DNA of 40,891 nt from Anaerolineaceae bacterium (GTDB taxonomy: Bacteria > Chloroflexota > Anaerolineae > Anaerolineales > Anaerolineaceae): the NCBI GenBank assembly GCA_003501835.1, contig DNOU01000031.1, positions 13,033-53,923 of the forward strand. Reading direction: 5' to 3'. The notes under the pieces were generated by a model. It searched no databases. It was not told the origin of the DNA and worked only from the letters and a program-made list of their open reading frames with translations. Positions 32,898-40,459 of the stretch are shown one piece after another. How positions within the stretch are numbered: position 1 is the stretch's first letter; every line of letters begins with the position of its first letter. The position numbers were made by a program, and so were the translations under genes.

Positions 32898-33491
32898 CTA
32901 TTCGTAATCCACGCCTGGGATTGAATCATTGTTGGCGATTTTGATTTCTACATCAGCGTCAATCCGATCAAAGATTTCCTTAATCTCCTGATCGTGCTCG
33001 ATTACCCAGCCAGGTTTCGACCTGGGCTTAATCGATAGTCTGAATCTTATATCCTGGCGCATCACTTTTCTTGCGGCTTCCATCCGCTCACGGTTGGTGG
33101 AGTGATCACCACGTTTTGGCTTGGCGTTGTATGCCTTGATCTGTTCCTCAATGTATTCATCCCTCATACTTGCGGGAATCAGATCCAACCCCGACAGCTC
33201 GTACAATTCCTCGAATTTGCTGAGCCGCGATTCTGCCTGAATCCATTTTTTGTACAATGTGTCATTCCGTTCCTTTAGCAGATTGATTACCCGGTCATCA
33301 CTGCTGCGGCGGACAAATGTAAGAGTGATTGTTGATCCTGGGTTGAGTTGTTCGACTAACATCACTTCGCTGGGAGGCAATCCAGTTTCAGCAATAAATG
33401 CTTCCACGATTCTCTCCCGGTTGGCGTTGATGTTCTTGACTAACTCATCTGCCATCTGCGCAAAATCAATCCTGGCTGTGAATGATTCCAT
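32898..33491 (-). CDS. Hypothetical early protein (197 aa)
   Basis: I prefer ATG 33491 (GAGGAGGAGGGG RBS) over the track start at 33527. Confidence 0.6.
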   Translation of the reverse strand: MESFTARIDFAQMADELVKNINANRERIVEAFIAETGLPPSEVMLVEQLNPGSTITLTFVRRSSDDRVINLLKERNDTLYKKWIQAESRLSKFEELYELSGLDLIPASMRDEYIEEQIKAYNAKPKRGDHSTNRERMEAARKVMRQDIRFRLSIKPRSKPGWVIEHDQEIKEIFDRIDADVEIKIANNDSIPGVDYE

Positions 33492-33657
33492 TATTCCCCT
33501 CCTCCTCTTTCTGATTGTTTTCTCCAAGCTGCATCACCATAATCAGCAACCTGGTGGCGGTCTTTGGACCCACCTCGCCCATGGTCACGTGGTGCCTGGC
33601 GTGTTTTTCCACTTCGCGGAGATCCACAAAGCGATTGCAGATCGGACACCTGCCCAT
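33466..33657 (-). CDS. Small zinc-finger-like protein (CPIC...HARHH)
   Basis: 63 aa with an N-terminal C-x2-C ... H-x3-H-H pattern. Its 3' end overlaps the next gene by 26 nt. Confidence 0.45.
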   Translation of the reverse strand: MGRCPICNRFVDLREVEKHARHHVTMGEVGPKTATRLLIMVMQLGENNQKEEEGNNGIIHSQD

Positions 33658-33659
33658 GG

Positions 33660-34136
33660 TTATTTCGCTCTCTCCAGCAGGGGTACGCCCTGTACTTCCG
33701 GAAGCATCCCGGTCAACCCCGCCACGTCCAGCTCCGCGGCGGTCATGGGTGCTTGCCCTGGGTGAATGCCAGGCAGCTCCAGGAATCCAAACAGGGCTGC
33801 CGGGGTGGCTTCCGCTGCAATCAGGATTGCCTTGACAAAGTTCAGCGCAATCCTGCCCATCTGGAACCTGGCTTGATCCTGGTTGGAGCGCTCCACGCCG
33901 CTGCGCGTGAACGTCTTGTCAGGGAAGCGGCAGGTCAGGGGAGCAAACGTAAAGCGATAAACCCTGCCCTCCCATTGGAAGCGGATCATCCAGGCGTACC
34001 GTCCACCCGCAGATCCCTGGATAGTCTGAATACCATCTGCTTCAAACTTTTCCAGTAGATCCGCAATCTCGCCCTGGGAGATGGATGGGGATACGGCGGT
34101 ATCCCAATAATTGGCATCTTCCGCATAACGCAACAT
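33660..34136 (-). CDS. Hypothetical early protein (158 aa)
   Basis: Tightly packed ORF with no recognisable motif. Confidence 0.55.
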   Translation of the reverse strand: MLRYAEDANYWDTAVSPSISQGEIADLLEKFEADGIQTIQGSAGGRYAWMIRFQWEGRVYRFTFAPLTCRFPDKTFTRSGVERSNQDQARFQMGRIALNFVKAILIAAEATPAALFGFLELPGIHPGQAPMTAAELDVAGLTGMLPEVQGVPLLERAK

Positions 34137-34138
34137 GG

Positions 34139-34378
34139 TTATTTCACTTTCTCCAGATCATACAAAGACCACCACCCAATATGATTTTTGAATGCAACCT
34201 CAGCCAGACGACCATCCGGGTCAATTCTGACCACTGTTCCAATTCCATAATCCTGGTTGCCGATGATCTTGACATGGTTGCCGGCATTGATTTCTGGCTT
34301 TACCCTGGGGTTGGGGATGTGGATCATCGGGAGCAATTCTTCATCCATCTCTTTTTCTTCATCAATCAGTGTGGACAT
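34139..34378 (-). CDS. Small hypothetical protein (79 aa, SH3/KOW-like beta-barrel suspected)
   Basis: GNHVKIIGNQDYGIGTVVRIDPDGRLAEVAF pattern. Confidence 0.45.
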   Translation of the reverse strand: MSTLIDEEKEMDEELLPMIHIPNPRVKPEINAGNHVKIIGNQDYGIGTVVRIDPDGRLAEVAFKNHIGWWSLYDLEKVK

Positions 34379-34393
34379 GGCTTATTCTCCTTG

Positions 34394-35176
34394 TTAGTGT
34401 TGAATAAAATCTGCATATGGACCCTCGATATATTTACGCGCATCATCTTTGGGTACAGTCTGCCGTGCAGATGCCATTTCGATCTGCACTGCCTTGATAA
34501 TTGACCAGGGTCCGGCGATAACATAACCGCCCTTGGCTTTGAGTGCTGCAATCGATTTACTGATGATCTCTGGAGACACCCCGGTATGGGACAGCTTAAT
34601 CAGGGATTCATCCCATTTGGTTTTTTCTTTTTGGGTGCAATTGGCTCTGGATAAACCAGATGAAATTTCGAATTCTTGATTGATGATTTCGATGTCGTTG
34701 TGGTCAACATCTACGTCTTTCTCTACGTCTTTCTCTACGTCTACTTCTACGTCTACTTCTACGTCTCCGTTCTTTTTGCACGGTTCTGCGTGCGTTTCGC
34801 ACGGATTTTGTTGCGAATCGTACGCATCGGGTTCCGGCCATGCTTTAGGTTTATTGGTTCTTTCTCTGGATTGTCGTGCCCTTTCAGAACCCGATACTGC
34901 TCCCTGGCGCGTGGCGAATTGTCTAATAACCAGGTTGTTGTTTTCTTCGATCAAAAATTTTATACCTTTCAATTCCTCAATCACTGGCTGCCACCAATCC
35001 TCTGACCGGCGGGTATAAAATGCGATGTCTGACAGCGTTGGAAGATCGCCATCATTTCCCCGGTTCTTCCCAAGCAATAGCAGTTCGTACATGCCAAGCT
35101 TCGCTGTGTCAGAAAGCCGGTTGTATTTTGGATCGTCCAGGATTTCAGTAAAGAGTTTCAACCAGTATCCAGCCAT
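34394..35176 (-). CDS. Phage replisome organizer / replication initiator (DnaD-like N-terminal domain)
   Basis: MAGYWLKLFTEILDDPKYNRLSDTAKLGMYELLLL resembles replisome-organizer N-termini. Contains an internal iteron array encoding an acidic DVEVDVEVDVEKDVEKDVDVD linker. I prefer ATG 35176 over the TTG at 35191. Confidence 0.6.
   Translation of the reverse strand: MAGYWLKLFTEILDDPKYNRLSDTAKLGMYELLLLGKNRGNDGDLPTLSDIAFYTRRSEDWWQPVIEELKGIKFLIEENNNLVIRQFATRQGAVSGSERARQSRERTNKPKAWPEPDAYDSQQNPCETHAEPCKKNGDVEVDVEVDVEKDVEKDVDVDHNDIEIINQEFEISSGLSRANCTQKEKTKWDESLIKLSHTGVSPEIISKSIAALKAKGGYVIAGPWSIIKAVQIEMASARQTVPKDDARKYIEGPYADFIQH
34710..34765. repeat. Five tandem 12-bp iterons (TCTACGTC plus a 4-nt spacer); candidate replication origin
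   Basis: TCTACGTC starts at 34710, 34722, 34734, 34746 and 34758. Spacers are TTTC, TTTC, TACT, TACT. Lies inside the initiator gene. Confidence 0.6.
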
Positions 35177-35183
35177 GGCACCT

Positions 35184-35624
35184 CTACCCAAACAACTTCA
35201 TCTGATCCGGGTCATTATGGATGGTGACCTTCCTGATCTCTTTCTCGATCTCCACCCGGTTCTTGTAATCCAGGCTGGCGATCATCTGGTTCGTCTTGGT
35301 CAGGATGCTCACTCCCCGATTATGTTCGGCCTTGATGAATTCGAGGAAGAGATCCAGATCATTCACCGCCCAAAAGTAACCGCCACCTGTACGATCCGGG
35401 CAGATGGGATCCCCCCTGGCGTTGAGTAATGAGACGATCATTTGGAGTTTGCGATCTGCACTTACTCCGTTGGAATTGAACAGGTGGAATAGCAGTTCGT
35501 CCCGATCAATCTTGTGGGCAAGATCCACGTGCTGCCGGATGATGTACCGTGTTTCCTGCACAAGTTTTTCATCAATACTGGATTCGATCTTTACGAATTG
35601 TGAATTGAGGGTGTGCTTTCTCAT
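35184..35624 (-). CDS. Hypothetical early protein (146 aa)
   Basis: AAAGGAA RBS. No recognisable motif. Confidence 0.55.
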   Translation of the reverse strand: MRKHTLNSQFVKIESSIDEKLVQETRYIIRQHVDLAHKIDRDELLFHLFNSNGVSADRKLQMIVSLLNARGDPICPDRTGGGYFWAVNDLDLFLEFIKAEHNRGVSILTKTNQMIASLDYKNRVEIEKEIRKVTIHNDPDQMKLFG

Positions 35625-35641
35625 TCGATTCCTTTCCCTTC

Positions 35642-35670
35642 CCCTGGTGGGGTGAGCCGCCCCACCAGGG
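35642..35670 (-). other. Perfect 11-bp GC-rich hairpin in a 134-nt early intergenic gap
   Basis: CCCTGGTGGGG (35642-35652) pairs with CCCCACCAGGG (35660-35670), 7-nt loop. No U-tract. A second 5-bp GGGGC/GCCCC hairpin lies nearby. Confidence 0.5.
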
Positions 35671-35758
35671 TGAGAGGAGAAGGGGCTGGGTCTGCCCCGA
35701 TTTGTGCCGGCGACCCTGGAGGATCACAAGCACTATCGAGGCAGAACCGCCCCATGGG

Positions 35759-36256
35759 TTATTCCTGTCCTGGCAGCTTGGTGGCAATCGTTGCGGTGGG
35801 GGTTTCGATGATCTCAACACAGGGGATCGGCGCGGTGTCAGCCACCGCCAGCGCGTGGCGTTCAAACAGGCTGGTGTCTACCGTGATTGCATTTGGCAGG
35901 TTTGCCAGCGCCCAGTCCTTGGCAGCTTTCTTGTCGTATTCGAGTGTTCTGGTCACCCGGATGGATACACCCGGAAGAACAGATTTGTTGTGGTTCTGCC
36001 GATAGAGGCTCACGGCCAGTGAACGGACCTTTTCCATCTGGTCACGTTCCATATCCTTGAGTTCCACCACTTCCTGATCAATGGATTTCAGGTTGGCATA
36101 CTCGTAGGTGGCCTCCATTTTCATCCTGGCTTTGACGAGTTCCTCTTTGGCGCGTTGGATGCGATTGCGGATGCCTACCAGATATTGCAACTCGACTGGC
36201 AATCTTTGCGCAGAGTCCCTTTCAACTTCGGTCTGATACGCTATCTTTTCTTCCAT
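35759..36256 (-). CDS. Coiled-coil early protein, Gp157-like in size and architecture (tentative)
   Basis: 165 aa, GAGGAGAG RBS. Long N-terminal coiled coil. Family assignment not verified. Confidence 0.35.
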   Translation of the reverse strand: MEEKIAYQTEVERDSAQRLPVELQYLVGIRNRIQRAKEELVKARMKMEATYEYANLKSIDQEVVELKDMERDQMEKVRSLAVSLYRQNHNKSVLPGVSIRVTRTLEYDKKAAKDWALANLPNAITVDTSLFERHALAVADTAPIPCVEIIETPTATIATKLPGQE

Positions 36257-36258
36257 GA

Positions 36259-37602
36259 CTACTCTCCTCGTGGTGCATCAAAAATATCCAGCTGTCCCTT
36301 GCTTTTTTGATATGCTTCCCAGGCTGCCTCAGCCTCTTTCACCGCGGTTTCGCCTGGATAGTATTCGCCTGTGTTCTTGTTCCTGGTGATCCCCAACCAG
36401 TGTTTCAATGCCAGGATTTGCGCGCTTGTCAGTTCGTCAATGCTGCGTTTTCCGGTCAGGTACTCGGTGACATCATGCCGGCGTTCTGATGGGTTCTTGA
36501 TCTTTCCCGCCCAGCAAAGCTCCATGTTTACCCTAACCGCAAACTTATCCCCGTCAGTGGCATTGGCGTTCTGATCTGCGTAGTAAGAAACCAACCCCGA
36601 GAATTTGGAGAGCAGGACATCAGCGCTATAAGGTCTGGAGTGTCCATTGTTGGCAATGGGGTCAATTCTCGTTTGTGGTTCATCCTGGGGTGCGGGTTCT
36701 TCGGGAATTTCCGGAGTGTATGAATCCACGAAATCCCCCTCGATGTCCGCATTGGGATCCCAATCCTCATCCGCTTCGTCTGGATTGCTTTGATCGATTC
36801 CCCGTTGTACCGATGGGGGAACCTCGGCAGTCTTGTCACCGGAGGGCAGCAGGGCAACCATGTCCTGTGGATAGGACAGGGCATTCATGCTGGCAACCTT
36901 GGCATTCACCCAGGCGGGATCTGCTTCGATGCTGATCAGCCATTTCTCGCGCCGGACCTTCTGCCCATCAGATGAAGGGCAGGAAATCATCCGGGGAACT
37001 CGTTTCAAAATCAACGGCACTCCGGTGATATGTCCGTTGGTGATAAACGAAATTGCATCCAACTGGGAACTGATGTTCAGGATGTCGTAGATCGAAGTGG
37101 TCTGAAGTGTCAGGTATGCCAGCCGGCGCAGCTCCGGCACGATCACCCTGAGACGCCCAATGGGCTTCGCGAAAATGGGTTTCTTTTCCTTTTTCTGGCT
37201 AAAGTAAAACCCCACCGGCTCTTCCTTCTTGAATTCCATTTGAGGTTCGCCGTTTGCCACCACCGTCTGGCCAGTCTGTGGATTCACCAGGAAAAGGTAC
37301 CGTTCACCGTCTGCCCTGGCGATCATGCGACCTGCGGTGTAGGCCTCGTAGTAGGCATCCCACATCCGGTGGATCTCGTTGAATGGGAGAAGTATGCGGA
37401 TGGCCTGCGGCTGTTCTCCATAAACCTCGTGAAAGGTTTTGATGGCATCCTCATTGCTGGGGTCGAATTCCACCCGGAAGTATTTGAGGTCCTTGCCCAT
37501 GACCTCCACGCCGCGTTCATTCTTTTGCTTGGGGGATCCCTTCTTGATCCTCCCGATCTCCGGAAACTGTTGTCCCCTGTCGGTCAAACCCTTGATAGAC
37601 AT
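36259..37602 (-). CDS. Conserved-looking early protein (447 aa), possibly DNA-binding or recombination-related; function unknown
   Basis: N-terminal FPEIGRIKKGSPKQKN...DLKYFRVEF, an acidic Pro-rich linker, then a C-terminal helical domain. GAGAGGAGAG RBS. Confidence 0.5.
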   Translation of the reverse strand: MSIKGLTDRGQQFPEIGRIKKGSPKQKNERGVEVMGKDLKYFRVEFDPSNEDAIKTFHEVYGEQPQAIRILLPFNEIHRMWDAYYEAYTAGRMIARADGERYLFLVNPQTGQTVVANGEPQMEFKKEEPVGFYFSQKKEKKPIFAKPIGRLRVIVPELRRLAYLTLQTTSIYDILNISSQLDAISFITNGHITGVPLILKRVPRMISCPSSDGQKVRREKWLISIEADPAWVNAKVASMNALSYPQDMVALLPSGDKTAEVPPSVQRGIDQSNPDEADEDWDPNADIEGDFVDSYTPEIPEEPAPQDEPQTRIDPIANNGHSRPYSADVLLSKFSGLVSYYADQNANATDGDKFAVRVNMELCWAGKIKNPSERRHDVTEYLTGKRSIDELTSAQILALKHWLGITRNKNTGEYYPGETAVKEAEAAWEAYQKSKGQLDIFDAPRGE

Positions 37603-37616
37603 GGCTGCTCTCCTCT

Positions 37617-37904
37617 CTAAAATCCCAGGTCTTTCATGGCCTGCTCTGCTGAAATGGGCTTGGTCAAGCCCAATTGCTCTCCGTACTTCTTTTTAACTTC
37701 CATGTATTCGAAAGTCGCCTCGTCTCTGCGTTTTTCGGCATAGCGTTTGGTGACAAAACCAGACCCTGCGCAGTCAGGATTCACACAATGCAGATCGCTG
37801 GTCACCTCATCCACATGGCTGGCTTCCAATCTGCCCCAGCAAACGGCGCATACGTAATCGCGCTCCATCTTCATTGCAATGTCGTATCTCATGCGAGTAC
37901 CCAT
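37617..37904 (-). CDS. Zinc-ribbon protein (95 aa)
   Basis: CAVCWG ... CVNPDC cysteine pairs. AGAGGAGAA RBS. Confidence 0.55.
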   Translation of the reverse strand: MGTRMRYDIAMKMERDYVCAVCWGRLEASHVDEVTSDLHCVNPDCAGSGFVTKRYAEKRRDEATFEYMEVKKKYGEQLGLTKPISAEQAMKDLGF

Positions 37905-37940
37905 TCTGTTTCTCCTCTGAACACTTGGGCAACGGTGGCC

Positions 37941-38174
37941 CTATTCCGTTGCTTGCTTTTCTATCCTGCCAATCGCTTCAGCTTCCTTCAGCGTTTGAAT
38001 GGCTGTGTTCGCTTTGGCAAGGCTCAATCCAACACGACGAAAAATTTCCGAATCTGATTTCCCTCCTTCCAAAATTTCCACCAGGTATTTCTGCTGCTCG
38101 GCAATGTCCATGATCGCCTCATCAACTAAGGCTCTGGCTGCTGGTGGAATGGGTAACCTTTTATCTATGGGCAT
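37941..38174 (-). CDS. Small HTH regulator (sigma-70 region 4 / LuxR-like helix-turn-helix)
   Basis: I prefer ATG 38174 because the longer track ORF overlaps the Cro-like gene in another frame. KSDSEIFRRVGLSLAKANTAIQTLKEA is HTH-like. Confidence 0.5.
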   Translation of the reverse strand: MPIDKRLPIPPAARALVDEAIMDIAEQQKYLVEILEGGKSDSEIFRRVGLSLAKANTAIQTLKEAEAIGRIEKQATE

Positions 38175-38247
38175 TTCTGGTGATTCCTGGGTGAATATCG
38201 GGTGAGATATGGGTGATGTTTCCACGATGATGTAATCTCGAAATGAA

Positions 38248-38499
38248 TCAGTTAGAGGGCACGACAGTGATCTTTCCAGTTTCAGCGTCACGAGTGACCA
38301 TCGCATGAACGACCTGCTCCTTACCATCTGTGATGATGGTGACCAGGGCAGGGGAGGGGTTGTTCCGGCGCTCAATTTCTGCAGCCACCAGATAATCAAT
38401 CACATCGCTCTTTGGTCGAAACATGGCAATGGATAATTCATCAAGGTAATCAACGGTTTTGGGAAGTAAGGCAAAATTCACTTTTTTGTTGATAGACAT
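38248..38499 (-). CDS. Ribbon-helix-helix (Arc/CopG-like) protein; Cro-analogous first gene of the early lytic operon
   Basis: MSINKKVNFALLPKTVDYLDELS...SDVIDYLVAAEIERR fits strand-helix-helix. I prefer ATG 38499 (AAGGGA RBS). Divergent from the repressor. Confidence 0.6.
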   Translation of the reverse strand: MSINKKVNFALLPKTVDYLDELSIAMFRPKSDVIDYLVAAEIERRNNPSPALVTIITDGKEQVVHAMVTRDAETGKITVVPSN

Positions 38500-38626
38500 T
38501 TTGCATCCCTTCAAAATAAACATATGGCTAAACCATAAACATAAGTTTACAGTAAAGCCAAGTCGTAGATATTTGTCAAGAGGTATCTTGAATATGGTTG
38601 ATATTTGTTACAATAGCTTTGTGGTT
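38500..38626. promoter_or_regulatory. Lysis/lysogeny switch region with divergent promoters and two pairs of direct-repeat boxes
   Basis: Minus strand: TTGACA (38579-38574)-17 nt-TTTACT (38556-38551). Plus-strand candidates: TTTACA (38546-51)-16 nt-GATATT (38568-73), or TTGAAT (38588-93)-15 nt-TGtTACAAT (38609-14). Boxes: GATATTTGT at 38568-76 and 38600-08, ATAAACATA at 38516-24 and 38535-43. Confidence 0.5.
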
Positions 38627-39043
38627 ATGAATTGGCGGGAATTTATCACACAGAAATATTTAGACTGGCGGCAAGACAAACGCGGGAAGAAGGGCTCCGC
38701 GGCGCAATTTGCTCGCGAAATTGGAATTTCCCCCCAATTGTTAAGCGCATGGATGAACAAAGGGCAGACTGTTACTGATCAGGAGAACATCAATAAGCTT
38801 GTAAACACATTTGGGTTTGTGGTCTATGATGTTTTAGGTCTGCGGCGTCCCGATGCGGATGATCCGCGAGCTGTTCTTTTGGCTGCTGGATTACCCAGCG
38901 AGTTTGTTGATGAAGTCCTGGCTGCTCGCGATGAGTATTCAGAAGAATTAGCCAGGAGGGGGATTGATACGGATTCTCCAGAAGCCTGGGAAATTATCAA
39001 TTCCGCACTGGCCAGGCACGGCCTCCGCATGATGGACAAATAA
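38594..39043 (+). CDS. CI-like repressor (XRE-family HTH)
   Basis: GSAAQFAREIGISPQLLSAWMNKGQ is an HTH motif. Start uncertain: ATG 38594 (AGAGG SD 10 nt upstream) or ATG 38627 (no SD, near-leaderless from the TACAAT promoter). Confidence 0.7.
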   Translation: MVDICYNSFVVMNWREFITQKYLDWRQDKRGKKGSAAQFAREIGISPQLLSAWMNKGQTVTDQENINKLVNTFGFVVYDVLGLRRPDADDPRAVLLAAGLPSEFVDEVLAARDEYSEELARRGIDTDSPEAWEIINSALARHGLRMMDK

Positions 39044-39144
39044 TACTTCGCATTGTTGTTTTCTTCCATTTATTCCCCTTAAGTCTTTGACCAAGGAACA
39101 TTATAGAACATCAATTCTAAATTAGCAAGTGTCCAGAGATAATT

Positions 39145-40161
39145 ATGGTTGACAAAAATGAAAGGTCGGCATGGCCAGCAATTACAGGGATTTTCTTATT
39201 CCTTGTTATTGTTGGCTATTTGTGGGTAGTGGCTGATGTGGTTGGGAATCCTGGCATAAACCATGATGAATTTTTGAAGGCAATGATTACCTATACCTCA
39301 CTGCTGGCATATGTACTCATGTTCTTCTTTATTATAAAAAATGAGATTCGCAATTTTCAAATCAAGAAGGCTCACCCTGATTACAAGCCATCTTTTTCTT
39401 GGTGGCAACGTACAGGAATTTTTCTTGTAGTATTGGCTGTCGTAGGAAGGTCGCTTTCTTTCTTAACTTTCGTCATTGGCAATAATGGTTGGAACACAAT
39501 TACTTTATTCGTCGCCCTTTTTACCGATTCAATAATTGGCAAGCCAAGAATTGTTCCTCCCAAACCTGTTGATCAAACAGTTCTCGTTCAAATTAACGAC
39601 CAGTCATTAGTTTCTGCCAACCCGATAATCGATGGATCACCTCCCTCTAATCCTCTCCCTCAAGAATCAATTCAAAAAGCTCCAGTCAAACAATCAAATA
39701 GTGCCGCAATTATAGGACTGTCTATCGTTGTCGGCTTCACAATCCTGGGGATCATAATCGCCGGATCACGCCAAAATGAAATTACACCTTCTCAGTATGG
39801 AAACTGGACTGCCACACCTGTTCCACCCACCAATACCCCGATCCCCAATTTCACTCCACATTATGTAAATTCTGGATCGTCAGCAGGTTGTGTTCGTTGG
39901 TCTAATGTCACCCTGGCAGATGTTGGGAAAACCATGTGCGTTTATGGAACGGTTCGACGCACCTGGTTCAGTGAGCAGCAGTGGACGCAGTACTTTACTT
40001 TCTCCAGTGATCCGCAGGCAATATATTTCCAAAAGTTCAGTTATGTTTTTGATCCAGGCCTCGATGGTAGGTGCGTTAAATTTACTGGGGAGATACTCCA
40101 ATCCTATAGCACACCATATATGGATCTTCTTCCTGAAGATGTGATCTATCTATGCGATTAA
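39145..40161 (+). CDS. Polytopic membrane protein with a Cys-containing C-terminal extracytoplasmic domain (prophage moron; superinfection-exclusion candidate)
   Basis: 338 aa with about 5 hydrophobic helices, a Pro-rich linker, and a C-terminal domain of about 120 aa with 4 Cys. Visibly more AT-rich than its neighbours. Downstream of the repressor on the same strand. Confidence 0.55.
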   Translation: MVDKNERSAWPAITGIFLFLVIVGYLWVVADVVGNPGINHDEFLKAMITYTSLLAYVLMFFFIIKNEIRNFQIKKAHPDYKPSFSWWQRTGIFLVVLAVVGRSLSFLTFVIGNNGWNTITLFVALFTDSIIGKPRIVPPKPVDQTVLVQINDQSLVSANPIIDGSPPSNPLPQESIQKAPVKQSNSAAIIGLSIVVGFTILGIIIAGSRQNEITPSQYGNWTATPVPPTNTPIPNFTPHYVNSGSSAGCVRWSNVTLADVGKTMCVYGTVRRTWFSEQQWTQYFTFSSDPQAIYFQKFSYVFDPGLDGRCVKFTGEILQSYSTPYMDLLPEDVIYLCD

Positions 40162-40459
40162 TATTTTGATCTTACATTTTCGTATCCGGGAATTTTGTTC
40201 AGGATAATACGATGGGGGTTTGTACAACCAGGGTAGCAGCGCTGCAGGTAGGGCGTATGTTTATTGGGATTGAAATTGAAGAGGAGTATCATGGGATGGG
40301 AAAGGAAAGGATTTAGAAAATTGCCGTGCTGGTAATGAGAAGTCCAATTCACTTAGGGAATCCTTCTAATCAAGGAGGGCTTCTTCTGGATTTACCATTT
40401 GCCTTAAACATAATCACCAATCCCTAATCACCCGAAGCCTTTCCCTGTATAATACTCAT

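Larger units (their letters stand above)
2653..40459. mobile_element. Integrated temperate phage (prophage), about 37.7 kb, predicted short-tailed; exact ends unresolved
   Basis: Integrase directly 3' of a tRNA. Complete lysogeny switch, replication, methyltransferase, terminase, portal, scaffold, capsid, tail and lysis modules. Flanked by housekeeping genes (dinB/GT4/tRNA on the left, udk on the right). The right boundary lies somewhere in 39044-40459. Confidence 0.8.

Noticed and set aside
34710-34765. Tandem repeats as a CRISPR array or VNTR
   Set aside because: The period is 12 bp with 4-nt spacers, far too short for CRISPR, and there are no cas genes. The array lies in-frame inside a replication-initiator gene, which fits iterons.
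40158-40352. 64-aa minus-strand ORF in the right-end intergenic region
   Set aside because: No RBS, and an odd composition (His/Asn/Pro-rich). It lies in what is most likely the attR and promoter region.
40361-40377. TCCTTCTAATCAAGGAG as a remnant of the tRNA-Thr 3' end (CCCTTCGGTGGCTCAAGGA), i.e. attR
   Set aside because: Only 6+7 matching bases with a replaced central block. Matches of comparable quality (e.g. GGTTCGAC at about 39950, AGGATA-TAC at about 40201) are expected by chance at this search size. Kept as unresolved, not called.
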